DNA of 64,000 nt from an uncultured Pseudomonadota bacterium (GCA_937907425.1 CALCIE010000024.1:74764-138763), one strand, 5' to 3'; counted from the first letter of the stretch, positions 33,696 to 47,828 are shown. Notes: generated from the sequence alone by a model not told the origin. Made by a program: numbers and translations.

Positions 33696-34700
33696 TTAAG
33701 CGAGCTGGCGGCCCAGTTCCAGCAATTCGTCCCAGGGATCGCCTTTGCCCAGGCCCTTGATCAGGCGGTCGATGTGCGCGGCTTTTTGCAACGCGCCCTG
33801 CAACCGTTCCGGGGCGAGGCGGCGCGCGGCGGCGGCGATTGCGCGTTGGCGCGGCTCGCCCCAGATGCGGTATTCGCGAAAGACGTCCTGCAAGGGACGG
33901 CCCGCGGCCTGTGCCGCCTGCACCCGCAGCACCGCGCGGATGTCTTCGCTCATCACCCACAGCACCCGGTTGGGCGCTTCGCCCTCGCCTTCCAGACCGT
34001 CCAGTACGCGTGCCAGCCGCCGCAGATCGCCGGCCAGCAGGGCCTCGGAGAGCTGATAGACGTCGAAGCGCGCCACGTCGAGCACGGCCGCGCGCACCTG
34101 CTCGAAACCCAGTTCGCCTTCGGGATAGAGCAGGCCGAGCTTCTGGATTTCCTGGTGGGCGGCGAGCAGATTGCCTTCCACGCATTCGGCGATGAAGGCG
34201 AGCGCTTCGGCGCTCGCGCGCTGCTTCTGGCGCGCAAGCCGTTGCGCGATCCATTGCGGCAGCTGGCGGCGGTCCACACCGTAGACATCGACCACCACGC
34301 CGGCGCGTTCGAGCGCCGCGAACCAGCCGCTCGCCTGCGTCTTGCGGTCCAGCCGCGGCAAAGTGACCAGCGTCAGCACGTCGGGCGAGGCCGTGCGGCA
34401 ATGGGCTTCGATGGCCGCGGCGCCCTCCGTCCCGGGTTTGCCGCCCGGAATGCGCAGCTCGATCAGCGTGCGGTCGCCGAACAGCGACATCGACGCGGCG
34501 CAGGCCTCCAGCCGGCCCCAGTCGAAACCGCGTTCGACGTTCAGCACCTGGCGCTGCGTGAAACCGGCGGCGCGGGCCGCCTGGCGCACGGCGTCGGCGG
34601 CTTCGAGCGACAGCAGCGGTTCGTCGCCGTGGATCACGTAAAGCGCCGCGAGACCGCGCGCGAGCTGGGCATCGAGCTGATCGAGCCGGATCGCGCCCAT
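33696..34700 (-). CDS. holA: DNA polymerase III delta subunit
   Basis: 334 aa with ..[22 protein letters not shown].. HolA N-terminal pattern. Conserved lptE-holA neighbourhood. Confidence 0.88.
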   Translation of the reverse strand: MGAIRLDQLDAQLARGLAALYVIHGDEPLLSLEAADAVRQAARAAGFTQRQVLNVERGFDWGRLEACAASMSLFGDRTLIELRIPGGKPGTEGAAAIEAHCRTASPDVLTLVTLPRLDRKTQASGWFAALERAGVVVDVYGVDRRQLPQWIAQRLARQKQRASAEALAFIAECVEGNLLAAHQEIQKLGLLYPEGELGFEQVRAAVLDVARFDVYQLSEALLAGDLRRLARVLDGLEGEGEAPNRVLWVMSEDIRAVLRVQAAQAAGRPLQDVFREYRIWGEPRQRAIAAAARRLAPERLQGALQKAAHIDRLIKGLGKGDPWDELLELGRQLA

Positions 34701-34709
34701 CGTCCGCGT

Positions 34710-39485
<4,776 letters not shown>

Positions 39486-39545
39486 ACGACGCGGGCGGAG
39501 CGGCTGTTAAACTCGCCCTTTTTGCTGCAGTCGTTCCAAGTTCTC

Positions 39546-41741
39546 GTGTCCAACCTGCTCGACAACCTCAATCCCGAACAACTTGCCGCCGTCACCCTGC
39601 CCGCGCAACACGCCCTCATCCTGGCCGGCGCGGGCTCGGGCAAGACGCGCGTGCTCACTACGCGCATCGCCTGGCTGATCCATACCGGCGCCGTGGGACC
39701 GCAAGGCGTCATGGCCGTGACCTTCACCAACAAGGCGGCGAAGGAGATGCTCACCCGCCTGTCGGCGATGCTGCCCATCAACACGCGCGGCATGTGGATC
39801 GGCACTTTCCACGGCCTGTGCAACCGCATGTTGCGCGCGCATCACCGGGATGCCGGGTTGCCGCAGTTGTTCAGCATCATGGATTCGGGCGATCAGCAGG
39901 CGCTGATCAAGCGCGTGCTGCGCTCGGTGAACGCGGACGAGGACAAGTTCCCGCCGCGGCAGGTGCAGAACTTCATCAACAACGCCAAGGAACAGGGCGA
40001 GCGGCCGGGCGACGTCGAAGCCTACGACGACATGTCGCGCCGCTACGTGGAGTTCTATTCCATCTACGAAGAGACCTGCCAGCGCGAAGGCGTGGTCGAT
40101 TTCGCCGAGCTGCTGCTGCGCTCCTACGAGCTGCTGTCGCGCAACGAAATCCTGCGCGACCATTACCGCAACCGCTTCCGCCACATCCTGGTGGACGAGT
40201 TCCAGGACACCAACCGCCTGCAATACAAGTGGCTGAAGCTGCTGTGCGGCCCGGAGAGCGCCATCTTCGCCGTGGGCGACGACGACCAGTCGATCTACCG
40301 CTTCCGCGGCGCCAACGTCGGCAACATGAGCGACTTCGAGCGCGACTTCCGGGTGCAGAACGTCATCCGCCTGGAGCAGAACTACCGCTCGCACGGCAAC
40401 ATCCTCGACGCGGCCAACGCCCTCATCAAGAACAACGCCAACCGCATGGGCAAGAACCTGTGGACGGCGGCGGGCAAGGGCGAGCCCATCCGCGTCTACG
40501 AGGCGCAGACCGACGGCTACGAGGCGCACTGGATCGCAGAGGAGGTGCAGGCCCTGACCCGCGAAGGCGTTCCGCGGCGCGAGATCGCGGTGCTGTACCG
40601 TTCCAACGCGCAGTCGCGCGTCATCGAGCACGCGCTGTTCTCGGCCGGCATCCCCTACCGCGTCTACGGCGGCCTGCGCTTCTTCGAACGGCAGGAGATC
40701 AAGCATGCGCTGGCCTACCTGCGTCTGCTCGCCAACCCCGACGACGACAGCGCGTTCCTGCGCGTGGTGAACTTCCCGGCGCGCGGCATCGGCGCGCGCT
40801 CGGTCGAGGCCCTGCAGGACGCCGCCAGGGCGAACAACTGCAGCCTCTGGCAGGCGGCCACGCACCTCACCGGCAAGTCCTCGCAGGCGGTGGGCGGCTT
40901 CATCCGCCTGATCGAGACGCTGCGCGAAGGCACCAAGGGCCTTCCTCTTCCTGAGATCATCGAGCACGTGCTGCACGCGAGCGGCCTGCTCGATCATTAC
41001 AAGTCCGAGAAGGACGGCGCCGACCGCATCAGCAACCTCGAGGAACTGATCAACGCCGCCACCAACTTCCTGCAGGAAGAGGCGATCGACGTGCCGCTCG
41101 CGGAAGGCGCGCCGGGTGCGGCCGATGCGGCGGTGGATCCGCTGGCGGCCTTCCTTGCGCACGCCGCCCTGGAATCGGGCGAGACCCAGGCGCAGGAAGG
41201 TGTCGATGCGCTGCAGCTCATGACCGTGCACGCGGCCAAGGGGCTGGAGTTCCAGGTGGTGTTCATCACCGGTCTGGAGGAAGGGCTGTTCCCGCACGAA
41301 CAAAGCCTGCTGGAGATGGACGGCCTGGAGGAAGAGCGCCGGCTGATGTACGTGGCGATCACGCGCGCACGCCACCGGCTCTACCTTTCGTTCTCGCAAT
41401 CGCGCCTGCTGCACGGCCAGACGCGCTACAACGTGCCGAGCCGTTTCCTCGACGAGATCCCCAAGAAGCTCTTGAAGTGGCTGACGCCGCGCCTCGGCCG
41501 GCAGGTGAGCGAAGCCGCATGGTCGGGTGCTTCGCATAGCGCGCGCAGGGAAGCCGCGAGCGCCTCGCCCAAGAGCGAGTTGCCTTTCCGCATCGGTCAG
41601 ACCGTCATGCATCCGAAGTTCGGCCAGGGCACGGTGGTGAGCGCAGAAGGCTCGGGACCGGATGCGCGCGTGCAGATCAACTTCGGCCGCCAGGGGATGA
41701 AGTGGCTGGCCCTGGCCTACGCCAAGCTCACCCCCGTCTGA
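39546..41741 (+). CDS. uvrD: DNA helicase II (UvrD-type SF1 helicase)
   Basis: ..LLDNLNPEQLAAV...ILAGAGSGKTRVLT.. Walker A, ..ILVDEFQDTN.., ..TVHAAKGLEF..VAITRA... Start is either GTG 39546 (aligns with the E. coli UvrD N-terminus) or TTG 39522. Confidence 0.9.
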   Translation: MSNLLDNLNPEQLAAVTLPAQHALILAGAGSGKTRVLTTRIAWLIHTGAVGPQGVMAVTFTNKAAKEMLTRLSAMLPINTRGMWIGTFHGLCNRMLRAHHRDAGLPQLFSIMDSGDQQALIKRVLRSVNADEDKFPPRQVQNFINNAKEQGERPGDVEAYDDMSRRYVEFYSIYEETCQREGVVDFAELLLRSYELLSRNEILRDHYRNRFRHILVDEFQDTNRLQYKWLKLLCGPESAIFAVGDDDQSIYRFRGANVGNMSDFERDFRVQNVIRLEQNYRSHGNILDAANALIKNNANRMGKNLWTAAGKGEPIRVYEAQTDGYEAHWIAEEVQALTREGVPRREIAVLYRSNAQSRVIEHALFSAGIPYRVYGGLRFFERQEIKHALAYLRLLANPDDDSAFLRVVNFPARGIGARSVEALQDAARANNCSLWQAATHLTGKSSQAVGGFIRLIETLREGTKGLPLPEIIEHVLHASGLLDHYKSEKDGADRISNLEELINAATNFLQEEAIDVPLAEGAPGAADAAVDPLAAFLAHAALESGETQAQEGVDALQLMTVHAAKGLEFQVVFITGLEEGLFPHEQSLLEMDGLEEERRLMYVAITRARHRLYLSFSQSRLLHGQTRYNVPSRFLDEIPKKLLKWLTPRLGRQVSEAAWSGASHSARREAASASPKSELPFRIGQTVMHPKFGQGTVVSAEGSGPDARVQINFGRQGMKWLALAYAKLTPV

Positions 41742-41784
41742 ACCGCTTTGCACCGGCCCGAACGGGCCTTTCCAAGGAGGAGTT

Positions 41785-42615
41785 ATGTTGCGTTTGTTGG
41801 TGGCCCTTTATGCGGGGCTGAGCTTCGCTGTTGCTGCGCAGGCGCAGGGCGGCGAATACGAGCCCAGGGAGGGTCAGGAAGGCAAGGATGTCATCTGGGT
41901 CGGCACGCCGGACGCCCTGATCGAACGCATGCTCGACATGGCCGAGGTCAAACCCGGGGACTACGTCATGGACCTCGGTTCGGGTGACGGCCGCATTCCC
42001 ATCGCCGCCGCCAAACGCGGCGCGCGTGCGATCGGCATCGAGTACAACCCGGATCTGGTCGAGCTTTCCAAACGCAAAGCCGAAGCGGCGGGCGTCGCGG
42101 ACCGCACGGAGTTCCTCAAGGCGGACCTGTTCGAAACCGATCTTTCCAAGGCCGACGTCATCACCATGTATCTGTTGCCGGAGCTCAACATGAAGCTGCG
42201 GCCGAAGCTGCTCGAACTGAAACCGGGCACGCGCATCGTGTCCCATTTCTTCGACATGGAAGATTGGAAGTCGGACAACGACACCGTGGTGGACGGCCGT
42301 CCGGCCTATTTGTGGATCGTTCCCGCCAAGGTCGGCGGCAAGTGGAAGCTCTCCTATCCGGACGGCAAGGAGACGGCGGAGCTCACGCTGACCCAGAACT
42401 TCCAACTCATCTGGGGCGACCTGCGCCAGGGTGGCGAAACGCTGGAGCTGGGTGCACCCTGGCTCGCCGGCGATCGCATCCGCTTCACGGTGCGCGATGC
42501 GCAGGACCGTCCGCACCAGTACACGGGCAAGGTTTTCGACGGCCGCCGCATGGAAGGCACCGTCTCCGTGGACGGCAAGCAGACGCGGAAGTGGGTTGCC
42601 ACCCGCGTGCAGTGA
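41785..42615 (+). CDS. exported class I SAM-methyltransferase-like protein, paralog 1 (MTase core plus ~100-aa unknown C-terminal domain)
   Basis: ATG behind AAGGAGG. Signal peptide MLRLLVALYAGLSFAVAAQAQ; VIWVGTP..MDLGSGDGRIPIAAA (motif I), GIEYNP, DLFETDL, ADVITMYLLP, LKPGTRIVSH; C-terminus ..RMEGTV..WVATRVQ. Confidence 0.85.
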   Translation: MLRLLVALYAGLSFAVAAQAQGGEYEPREGQEGKDVIWVGTPDALIERMLDMAEVKPGDYVMDLGSGDGRIPIAAAKRGARAIGIEYNPDLVELSKRKAEAAGVADRTEFLKADLFETDLSKADVITMYLLPELNMKLRPKLLELKPGTRIVSHFFDMEDWKSDNDTVVDGRPAYLWIVPAKVGGKWKLSYPDGKETAELTLTQNFQLIWGDLRQGGETLELGAPWLAGDRIRFTVRDAQDRPHQYTGKVFDGRRMEGTVSVDGKQTRKWVATRVQ

Positions 42616-42769
42616 ACCCGCAGACCCCCCGTAGCCCCCGGCGCGGGCAGCTTGGTTTAGGATCAGGGCGCCGACCCGGGGTGGCCGGCTGACAGCCGCC
42701 CCGTTCGCCGGTACAGTGCTTGCTCACGCGTTGCACCGCCCCGCAAAGGGCATTGCAAGGAGGTGTGCG

Positions 42770-43609
42770 ATGGATCGGTTGCTGGCTGCGTTCGTCGTCG
42801 TGCTGGGCTTGCTCATGGGCGCGCAGGCGCGGGCCGCTGAGGAATACGCCCCCGTAGTCGGGCAGGCGGGCAAGGACGTGGTCTGGGTGCCCACGCCCGA
42901 AGCGCTGGTCGATCGCATGCTCGAGATGGCCAAGGTCACGTCCAAGGACTACGTGATGGACCTCGGCTCGGGGGACGGTCGCATCGCCATCGCCGCGGCC
43001 AAGAAATACGGCGCCAACGCGATGGGCATCGAGTACAACCCCAAGATGGTCGAGCTCTCCAAGCGCAACGCGCAGGAGGCGGGGGTCGCCAACAAGGTCA
43101 AGTTCGTCGAGGGCGACCTGTTCGAGGCCGATCTCGGCAAGGCCGACGTCATCACCATGTACCTGCTGCCGCGCATCAACATGCAGCTGCGGCCGAAGCT
43201 GCTGGCCCTGAAGCCCGGCACGCGCATCGTCTCGCACGCCTTCGACCTCGGCGACTGGAAGCCCGACGAGACGGCGGTGGTCGACGGCCGCGAAGCCTAT
43301 TTGTGGATCGTCCCGGCCAAGGTGGCAGGCAAGTGGCGCCTGTCCTATCCCGACGACGGCGGTACCCGGCCGCCGGTCGAACTCGATCTTAGCCAGCACT
43401 ACCAGATCATTTGGGGGAATGCGCGCGTAGGCGAACGGGTGTTGGACATCGCCAGGCCGTCGCTGTCGGGCACGCAGATCCGTTTCGGCCTGGGCGAGCC
43501 GGAGTCCAGGCTGGAATACAGCGGCGAAGTCAAAGGCAAGCGCATGGAAGGCACGGTCGTGACGAAGGAGGGGAACACGCTCCGCTGGGTCGCGACCCGC
43601 GTCCAGTAG
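42770..43609 (+). CDS. exported class I SAM-methyltransferase-like protein, paralog 2
   Basis: ATG behind AAGGAGG. Signal peptide MDRLLAAFVVVLGLLMGAQARA. About 60% identical to paralog 1 by eye, with the same motifs and the same C-terminal WVATRVQ ending. Confidence 0.85.
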   Translation: MDRLLAAFVVVLGLLMGAQARAAEEYAPVVGQAGKDVVWVPTPEALVDRMLEMAKVTSKDYVMDLGSGDGRIAIAAAKKYGANAMGIEYNPKMVELSKRNAQEAGVANKVKFVEGDLFEADLGKADVITMYLLPRINMQLRPKLLALKPGTRIVSHAFDLGDWKPDETAVVDGREAYLWIVPAKVAGKWRLSYPDDGGTRPPVELDLSQHYQIIWGNARVGERVLDIARPSLSGTQIRFGLGEPESRLEYSGEVKGKRMEGTVVTKEGNTLRWVATRVQ

Positions 43610-43691
43610 GAAGGCCTGTTTCGACCTCGTGCGGCGGCGATGCTGCCGCACCTTGGACGCGGCAGGCGTCCTGAGGAGGAGATGTCGACCG

Positions 43692-44528
43692 ATGTCTGCG
43701 GGGCTTGGCGACCTGTGGCGCGCCGTGGGGCCGGTGCGGGCCCAGCCGGTTCGTCGGCATGCCGTCCGCGGGGCCCCGGAAGTCGGCCAGCCGGGCAAGG
43801 ATGCCGTCTGGGTGCCCACGCCAGCCGTCCTGCTGGAAGAGATGCTGGATATGGCGCGGGTCGGCCCCGGCGACCGGCTGCTCGATCTGGGCGCGGGTGA
43901 CGGCCGCATCCTCATCGCCGCGGCCCGCCGCGGCGCTCATGCCGTCGGCATCGAATACGACCCGCAGCTCGTGCGGCTCGCGCGCCGCAACGTCCGCGAG
44001 GCCGGTGTGGCCGACCGCGTCAGAGTGCGTTGCGGGGATCTGTTCGAAACCGATCTCGGCCAGGCCGACGTCATCACCTTCTACCTCCTGCCGCATCTCA
44101 ACCTGCGACTGCGGCCCGCATTGTTGGGGCTGGCGCCGGGCACGCGGCTGGTGTCGCAGTCCTTCGGTATGGGCGACTGGCGGCCGGACGCCCAGGTGGT
44201 GCGAGACGGGCGCAGCGCCTTTTTCTGGGCGGTACCGGCCGATGTGCAGGGCGAATGGTGGGTCGAATACGCCGACGGCGCGCCCTGGCAGCGCTGGCAT
44301 CTGCGGCAGCGCTATCAGTACGTGGAAGGGGAAGTCCACAGTTCCGAAGGCTGTGCGCGCCTGCGCGCGGGGCGCCTGCGCGGCGCGGCCATGGAGTTCG
44401 TGCTCGGACGGTTGGGTGGAGGCCGGCGGCATTACAGGGGGCAGGTGGCGGGCGACAGCATGCGCGGTATCTGCGTGATGCCCGACGGCTCCTGCCGTGC
44501 CTGGTCGGCCGCGCGCGTGGCCCGGTAG
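43692..44528 (+). CDS. divergent SAM-methyltransferase-like paralog 3 (no recognisable signal peptide)
   Basis: AVWVPTP..LDLGAGDGRILIAAA..GIEYDP..DLFETDL..ADVITFYLLP..LAPGTRLVSQ; C-terminal domain much diverged (..WSAARVAR). Start uncertain: ATG 43692 or GTG 43629. Confidence 0.65.
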   Translation: MSAGLGDLWRAVGPVRAQPVRRHAVRGAPEVGQPGKDAVWVPTPAVLLEEMLDMARVGPGDRLLDLGAGDGRILIAAARRGAHAVGIEYDPQLVRLARRNVREAGVADRVRVRCGDLFETDLGQADVITFYLLPHLNLRLRPALLGLAPGTRLVSQSFGMGDWRPDAQVVRDGRSAFFWAVPADVQGEWWVEYADGAPWQRWHLRQRYQYVEGEVHSSEGCARLRAGRLRGAAMEFVLGRLGGGRRHYRGQVAGDSMRGICVMPDGSCRAWSAARVAR

Positions 44529-44642
44529 GCGCCGCCGCGGCGATCCCGATATAGCCAGCGCCGCGGCCTAGGCTTAGAGTAGCGGCCTTTCGCCCCGGCG
44601 AGCTATGCGGCGCCGCGGCACGCATTCCCACAGCAAGCAACC

Positions 44643-46169
44643 ATGGCCACCGACTACCTGGAACGCATTCTCAAGGCGCGCGTGTACGACGTCGCCGTCG
44701 AAACCCCGCTGGAATACGCCCCCAATCTTTCCGCACGCATGGGCAACCGGCTCATGCTCAAGCGCGAAGACATGCAGCAGGTGTTCTCCTTCAAGCTGCG
44801 CGGCGCCTACAACAAGATGGTCAATCTCCCGGCCGCGCAGCTGAAGAAAGGCGTGATCGCCGCTTCGGCCGGCAACCATGCGCAGGGCGTGGCGCTCGCG
44901 GCGCAGACTCTGGGCTGCAGGGCAGTCATCGTTATGCCCGTCACTACGCCGCGGATCAAGATCGACGCGGTCGCCGCGCGCGGGGCGGAAGTGGTGCTGC
45001 ACGGCGATTCCTATACCGACGCCTACGAGCATGCGATGACGCTGGTACGCAAGCGCGGCCTCACCTTCGTGCATCCCTACGACGATCCGGACGTGATCGC
45101 CGGCCAGGGCACCATCGGCATGGAACTGCTGCGCCAGAGCACCCGGCCGATCCACGCGGTCTTCGTGCCCGTGGGCGGCGGCGGACTCATCGCCGGCATC
45201 GGCGCCTACATCAAACGGCTGCATCCGGAGATCCTGCTGATCGGCGTCGAACCGGTCGATGCCGACGCCATGGCGCGTTCGCTGGAAGCCGGACGCCGCG
45301 TCACGCTCCCGCAGGTGGGGCTGTTCGCCGACGGCGTGGCGGTGAAGCAGGTGGGCGTCGAGACCTTCAAGCTCGCGCGCAAATACGTGGACGAAATCGT
45401 GCTGGTCGATACCGACGAGATCTGCGCCGCGATCAAGGACGTGTTCGAGGACACGCGTTCGGTGCTCGAACCGGCCGGCGCGCTGGCGGTGGCGGGCGCC
45501 AAGCTCTACGTCGAGCAGACCGGCGTACGCGACCAGAAGCTGGTCGCCATTACGAGCGGCGCCAACACCAACTTCAACCGCCTGCGCTTCATCGCCGAAC
45601 GCGCCGAGGTGGGCGAACATCGCGAAGCGCTGCTCGCGGTGACGATCCCCGAGCGCCCCGGCAGTTTCAAGGCGCTGTGCGCCGCGCTCGGCGAGCGCAG
45701 CGTTACCGAATTCAACTACCGCTACGCCGACGAGAAGAACGCCGAAGTGTTCATCGGCGTCGAAGTGCGCGACCGCGAAGAGACCCGCAAGCTCATCGCC
45801 CAGCTCAAGCGTCAGGGCTACGATCCGATCGACCTGTCCGACAACGAGATGGCCAAGCTGCACGTGCGCCATCTGGTCGGCGGCCACGCGCCGCGCGGCG
45901 CGAACGGCGACGGCGTCACCGAGCTGCTCTACCGCTTCGAATTCCCCGAGCGGCCCGGCGCGCTGATGCGTTTCCTCTCCAACATGCGCGCGGACTGGAA
46001 CATCAGCCTGTTCCATTACCGCAACCACGGCGCCGACTACGGCCGGGTACTGGTCGGCATGCAGGTGCCGGTGAAGGAAAGGCGCGCGTTCAAGGCTTTC
46101 CTCGACACCCTGGGCTATCCCTACGTCGACGAGAGCGACAACCCCGCCTACAAGCTCTTCCTCGCCTGA
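44643..46169 (+). CDS. ilvA: biosynthetic threonine ammonia-lyase (two C-terminal ACT-like domains)
   Basis: 508 aa; ..REDMQQVFSFKLRGAYNKM.. PLP lysine motif, ..GGGGLIAG.., and C-terminal regulatory repeats. Confidence 0.96.
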   Translation: MATDYLERILKARVYDVAVETPLEYAPNLSARMGNRLMLKREDMQQVFSFKLRGAYNKMVNLPAAQLKKGVIAASAGNHAQGVALAAQTLGCRAVIVMPVTTPRIKIDAVAARGAEVVLHGDSYTDAYEHAMTLVRKRGLTFVHPYDDPDVIAGQGTIGMELLRQSTRPIHAVFVPVGGGGLIAGIGAYIKRLHPEILLIGVEPVDADAMARSLEAGRRVTLPQVGLFADGVAVKQVGVETFKLARKYVDEIVLVDTDEICAAIKDVFEDTRSVLEPAGALAVAGAKLYVEQTGVRDQKLVAITSGANTNFNRLRFIAERAEVGEHREALLAVTIPERPGSFKALCAALGERSVTEFNYRYADEKNAEVFIGVEVRDREETRKLIAQLKRQGYDPIDLSDNEMAKLHVRHLVGGHAPRGANGDGVTELLYRFEFPERPGALMRFLSNMRADWNISLFHYRNHGADYGRVLVGMQVPVKERRAFKAFLDTLGYPYVDESDNPAYKLFLA

Positions 46170-46175
46170 GGCATC

Positions 46176-46358
46176 GTGCCGCGCGACGACTTCAGGCAAC
46201 GGCTCGGTGCGCTGGTGCTGGCCGCGGGCCTGGTTGCCGCGGCCGCGATCGCCGCGCTCAAGGGCGCGTGGTGGATCGGCGTCGCCTTGCTGGCGGTCTG
46301 GGCCGCGCTGGAACTGTGGCCGGCGCTCAGGCGCCGTTTGCGTAAGGAACGTTCATGA
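46176..46358 (+). CDS. hypothetical 60-aa two-TM membrane protein
   Basis: GTG start 7 nt after the ilvA stop. Two hydrophobic helices and a basic tail (RRRLRKERS). Its stop overlaps the next gene's ATG (ATGA), suggesting coupling. Confidence 0.4.
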   Translation: MPRDDFRQRLGALVLAAGLVAAAAIAALKGAWWIGVALLAVWAALELWPALRRRLRKERS

Positions 46359-47017
46359 GCAACACCACTTTCGGGCTGGACGAGCGCCTGCGCCGGTACG
46401 TCCTGCAGCACTCGCTGCGCGAACATCCGTTGCTCGAAGAGTTGCGCGCGGTGACGCGTCAGGACGCGCATGCGCGTTATCAGATTTCGCCCGAGCAGGG
46501 GCAGTTTATGGCTCTGCTCGTCCAGGCGATCGGCGCCAGGCGTTGTATCGAAATCGGCACCTACACCGGCTACAGCGCGCTCGTCGTGGCGCTCGCGCTG
46601 CCCGAGGACGGCCGGATCGTATGCTGCGACATCAACCGCGAGTGGACGGCCATCGCCGAACGCTACTGGGCGCGCGCCGGCGTCGCGCACAAGATCGATC
46701 TGCGCATCGCGCCGGCCCTGGACACGCTCGACGCCTTGCTGGACGCGGGCCATGCCGGCGCTTTCGATTTCGCGTTCATCGACGCCGACAAGGAAAACTA
46801 TCCCGCTTACTACGAGCGCTGCCTCGCGCTCCTGCGGACCGGCGGCCTGATCGCCGTGGACAACACGCTCTGGTCCGGGCGCGTGGCCGACGAAAGCAAT
46901 CAGGAGCCGAGCACGTGCGCGCTGCGCGCGTTCAACGCGGCGTTGCGCGACGACGAGCGGATTGCGCTCTCCATGCTGCCGGTCGGCGACGGTCTCACGC
47001 TCGCGCTGAAACGCTGA
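46355..47017 (+). CDS. class I SAM-dependent O-methyltransferase (caffeoyl-CoA OMT-like, Methyltransf_3 type)
   Basis: ..RCIEIGTYTGYSALVVALAL..GRIVCCDIN..FDFAFIDADKENY..GGLIAVDNTLW.. is the family pattern. Confidence 0.88.
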   Translation: MSNTTFGLDERLRRYVLQHSLREHPLLEELRAVTRQDAHARYQISPEQGQFMALLVQAIGARRCIEIGTYTGYSALVVALALPEDGRIVCCDINREWTAIAERYWARAGVAHKIDLRIAPALDTLDALLDAGHAGAFDFAFIDADKENYPAYYERCLALLRTGGLIAVDNTLWSGRVADESNQEPSTCALRAFNAALRDDERIALSMLPVGDGLTLALKR

Positions 47018-47035
47018 CCGGCCTTGCGCCGGTCA

Positions 47036-47719
47036 TCAGTGGCCGCTCTGGAATTCGCCCTGATAGCAGACGGGCGAGGCAAGTACGCTGGCATCGCCCG
47101 GCGGCTGCGGCGCACCGAGGAACACCAGCTCGTCGCCGTCGCGGCGATAGATGCCGCGCTCGGTGACGACGTAATCCACGGGGATGTCGTAGGGCTGCGG
47201 ATGGATGGTGTCGATTTTCGCCAGTTCGTAAGTCACGCCGATGACCGTGGGCCGTTTGGCGAGGCTCGCCAGTGTGCGGTCGAAGAAGCCGCCGCCGTAG
47301 CCCAGACGATAGCCGCCGGCATCGAAGCCGTTCATCGGCAGCAGCACGTAATCCGGCAGCAGTTCGTCGCTTTCGATCGGATAGGGAATGTCGTACACCC
47401 CGGGCACCAGCTTCACGCCCGGGTGCCATTCGCGGAACACCAGCGGCGTCTTCGGCGCCACCACCACGGGCAGGACCGTCCTGGCCCCGCGTTCGCGCAG
47501 CCGGCGGGCGAGGAAGCGCGCGTCGTATTCGTTCTTGTAAGGCCAGCAGAAGGCCACGACGCCGCGGTGCAGATTGGGGAAGCCGTATTCCAGCGAGGCG
47601 TCGATGGCTTTGCGGTGCGCTTCCAGCGTTTCGCGCGACAGCGCCATGCGGCGCTCGATCAGCGCCTCACGCATGCGCTTGCGCCATGCGCGCAGATCGT
47701 CCGGGGCGGTAGTAGGCAT
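47036..47719 (-). CDS. 5-formyltetrahydrofolate cyclo-ligase family protein
   Basis: ..LRAWRKRMREAL.. ..LLPMNGFDAGGYRLGYGGGFFDRTL.. is the MTHFS/YgfA signature. ATG 47719 has an AGGGAAAAG upstream; alternative ATGs at 47740 and 47746. About 35-aa C-terminal extension relative to E. coli YgfA. Confidence 0.82.
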   Translation of the reverse strand: MPTTAPDDLRAWRKRMREALIERRMALSRETLEAHRKAIDASLEYGFPNLHRGVVAFCWPYKNEYDARFLARRLRERGARTVLPVVVAPKTPLVFREWHPGVKLVPGVYDIPYPIESDELLPDYVLLPMNGFDAGGYRLGYGGGFFDRTLASLAKRPTVIGVTYELAKIDTIHPQPYDIPVDYVVTERGIYRRDGDELVFLGAPQPPGDASVLASPVCYQGEFQSGH

Positions 47720-47828
47720 GCTTTTCCCTGTTGTTGACATGGACATTGTGTTGCGGCGTTGAGGGGCGTGGACGCGCGCGGCCAATTCTTCACACGATCG
47801 CGGCGGTGCGCGGACTAATATAGCACCC

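Noticed and set aside
39486-39545. LexA/SOS box upstream of uvrD (CTGT-N8-ACAG type)
   Set aside because: A CTGT is present (39505 region), but the partner ACAG at the correct spacing is absent.
43640-43900. 86-aa ORF whose ATG (43682) sits right behind the strongest SD (GGAGGAG) in the paralog-2/paralog-3 spacer
   Set aside because: The product (MSTDVCGAWRPVARRGAGAGPAG...) is Arg/Gly/Pro low-complexity and is out of frame with the clearly homologous methyltransferase reading frame. It is kept only as a note on start-site ambiguity for paralog 3.
47720-47828. Looked for a 6S RNA (ssrS) gene upstream of the 5-formyl-THF cyclo-ligase gene, where it sits in many proteobacteria
   Set aside because: Only ~110 nt separate the cyclo-ligase start from the divergent slt start, too little for a ~180-nt 6S RNA, and I see no long closed-helix/central-bubble architecture there.
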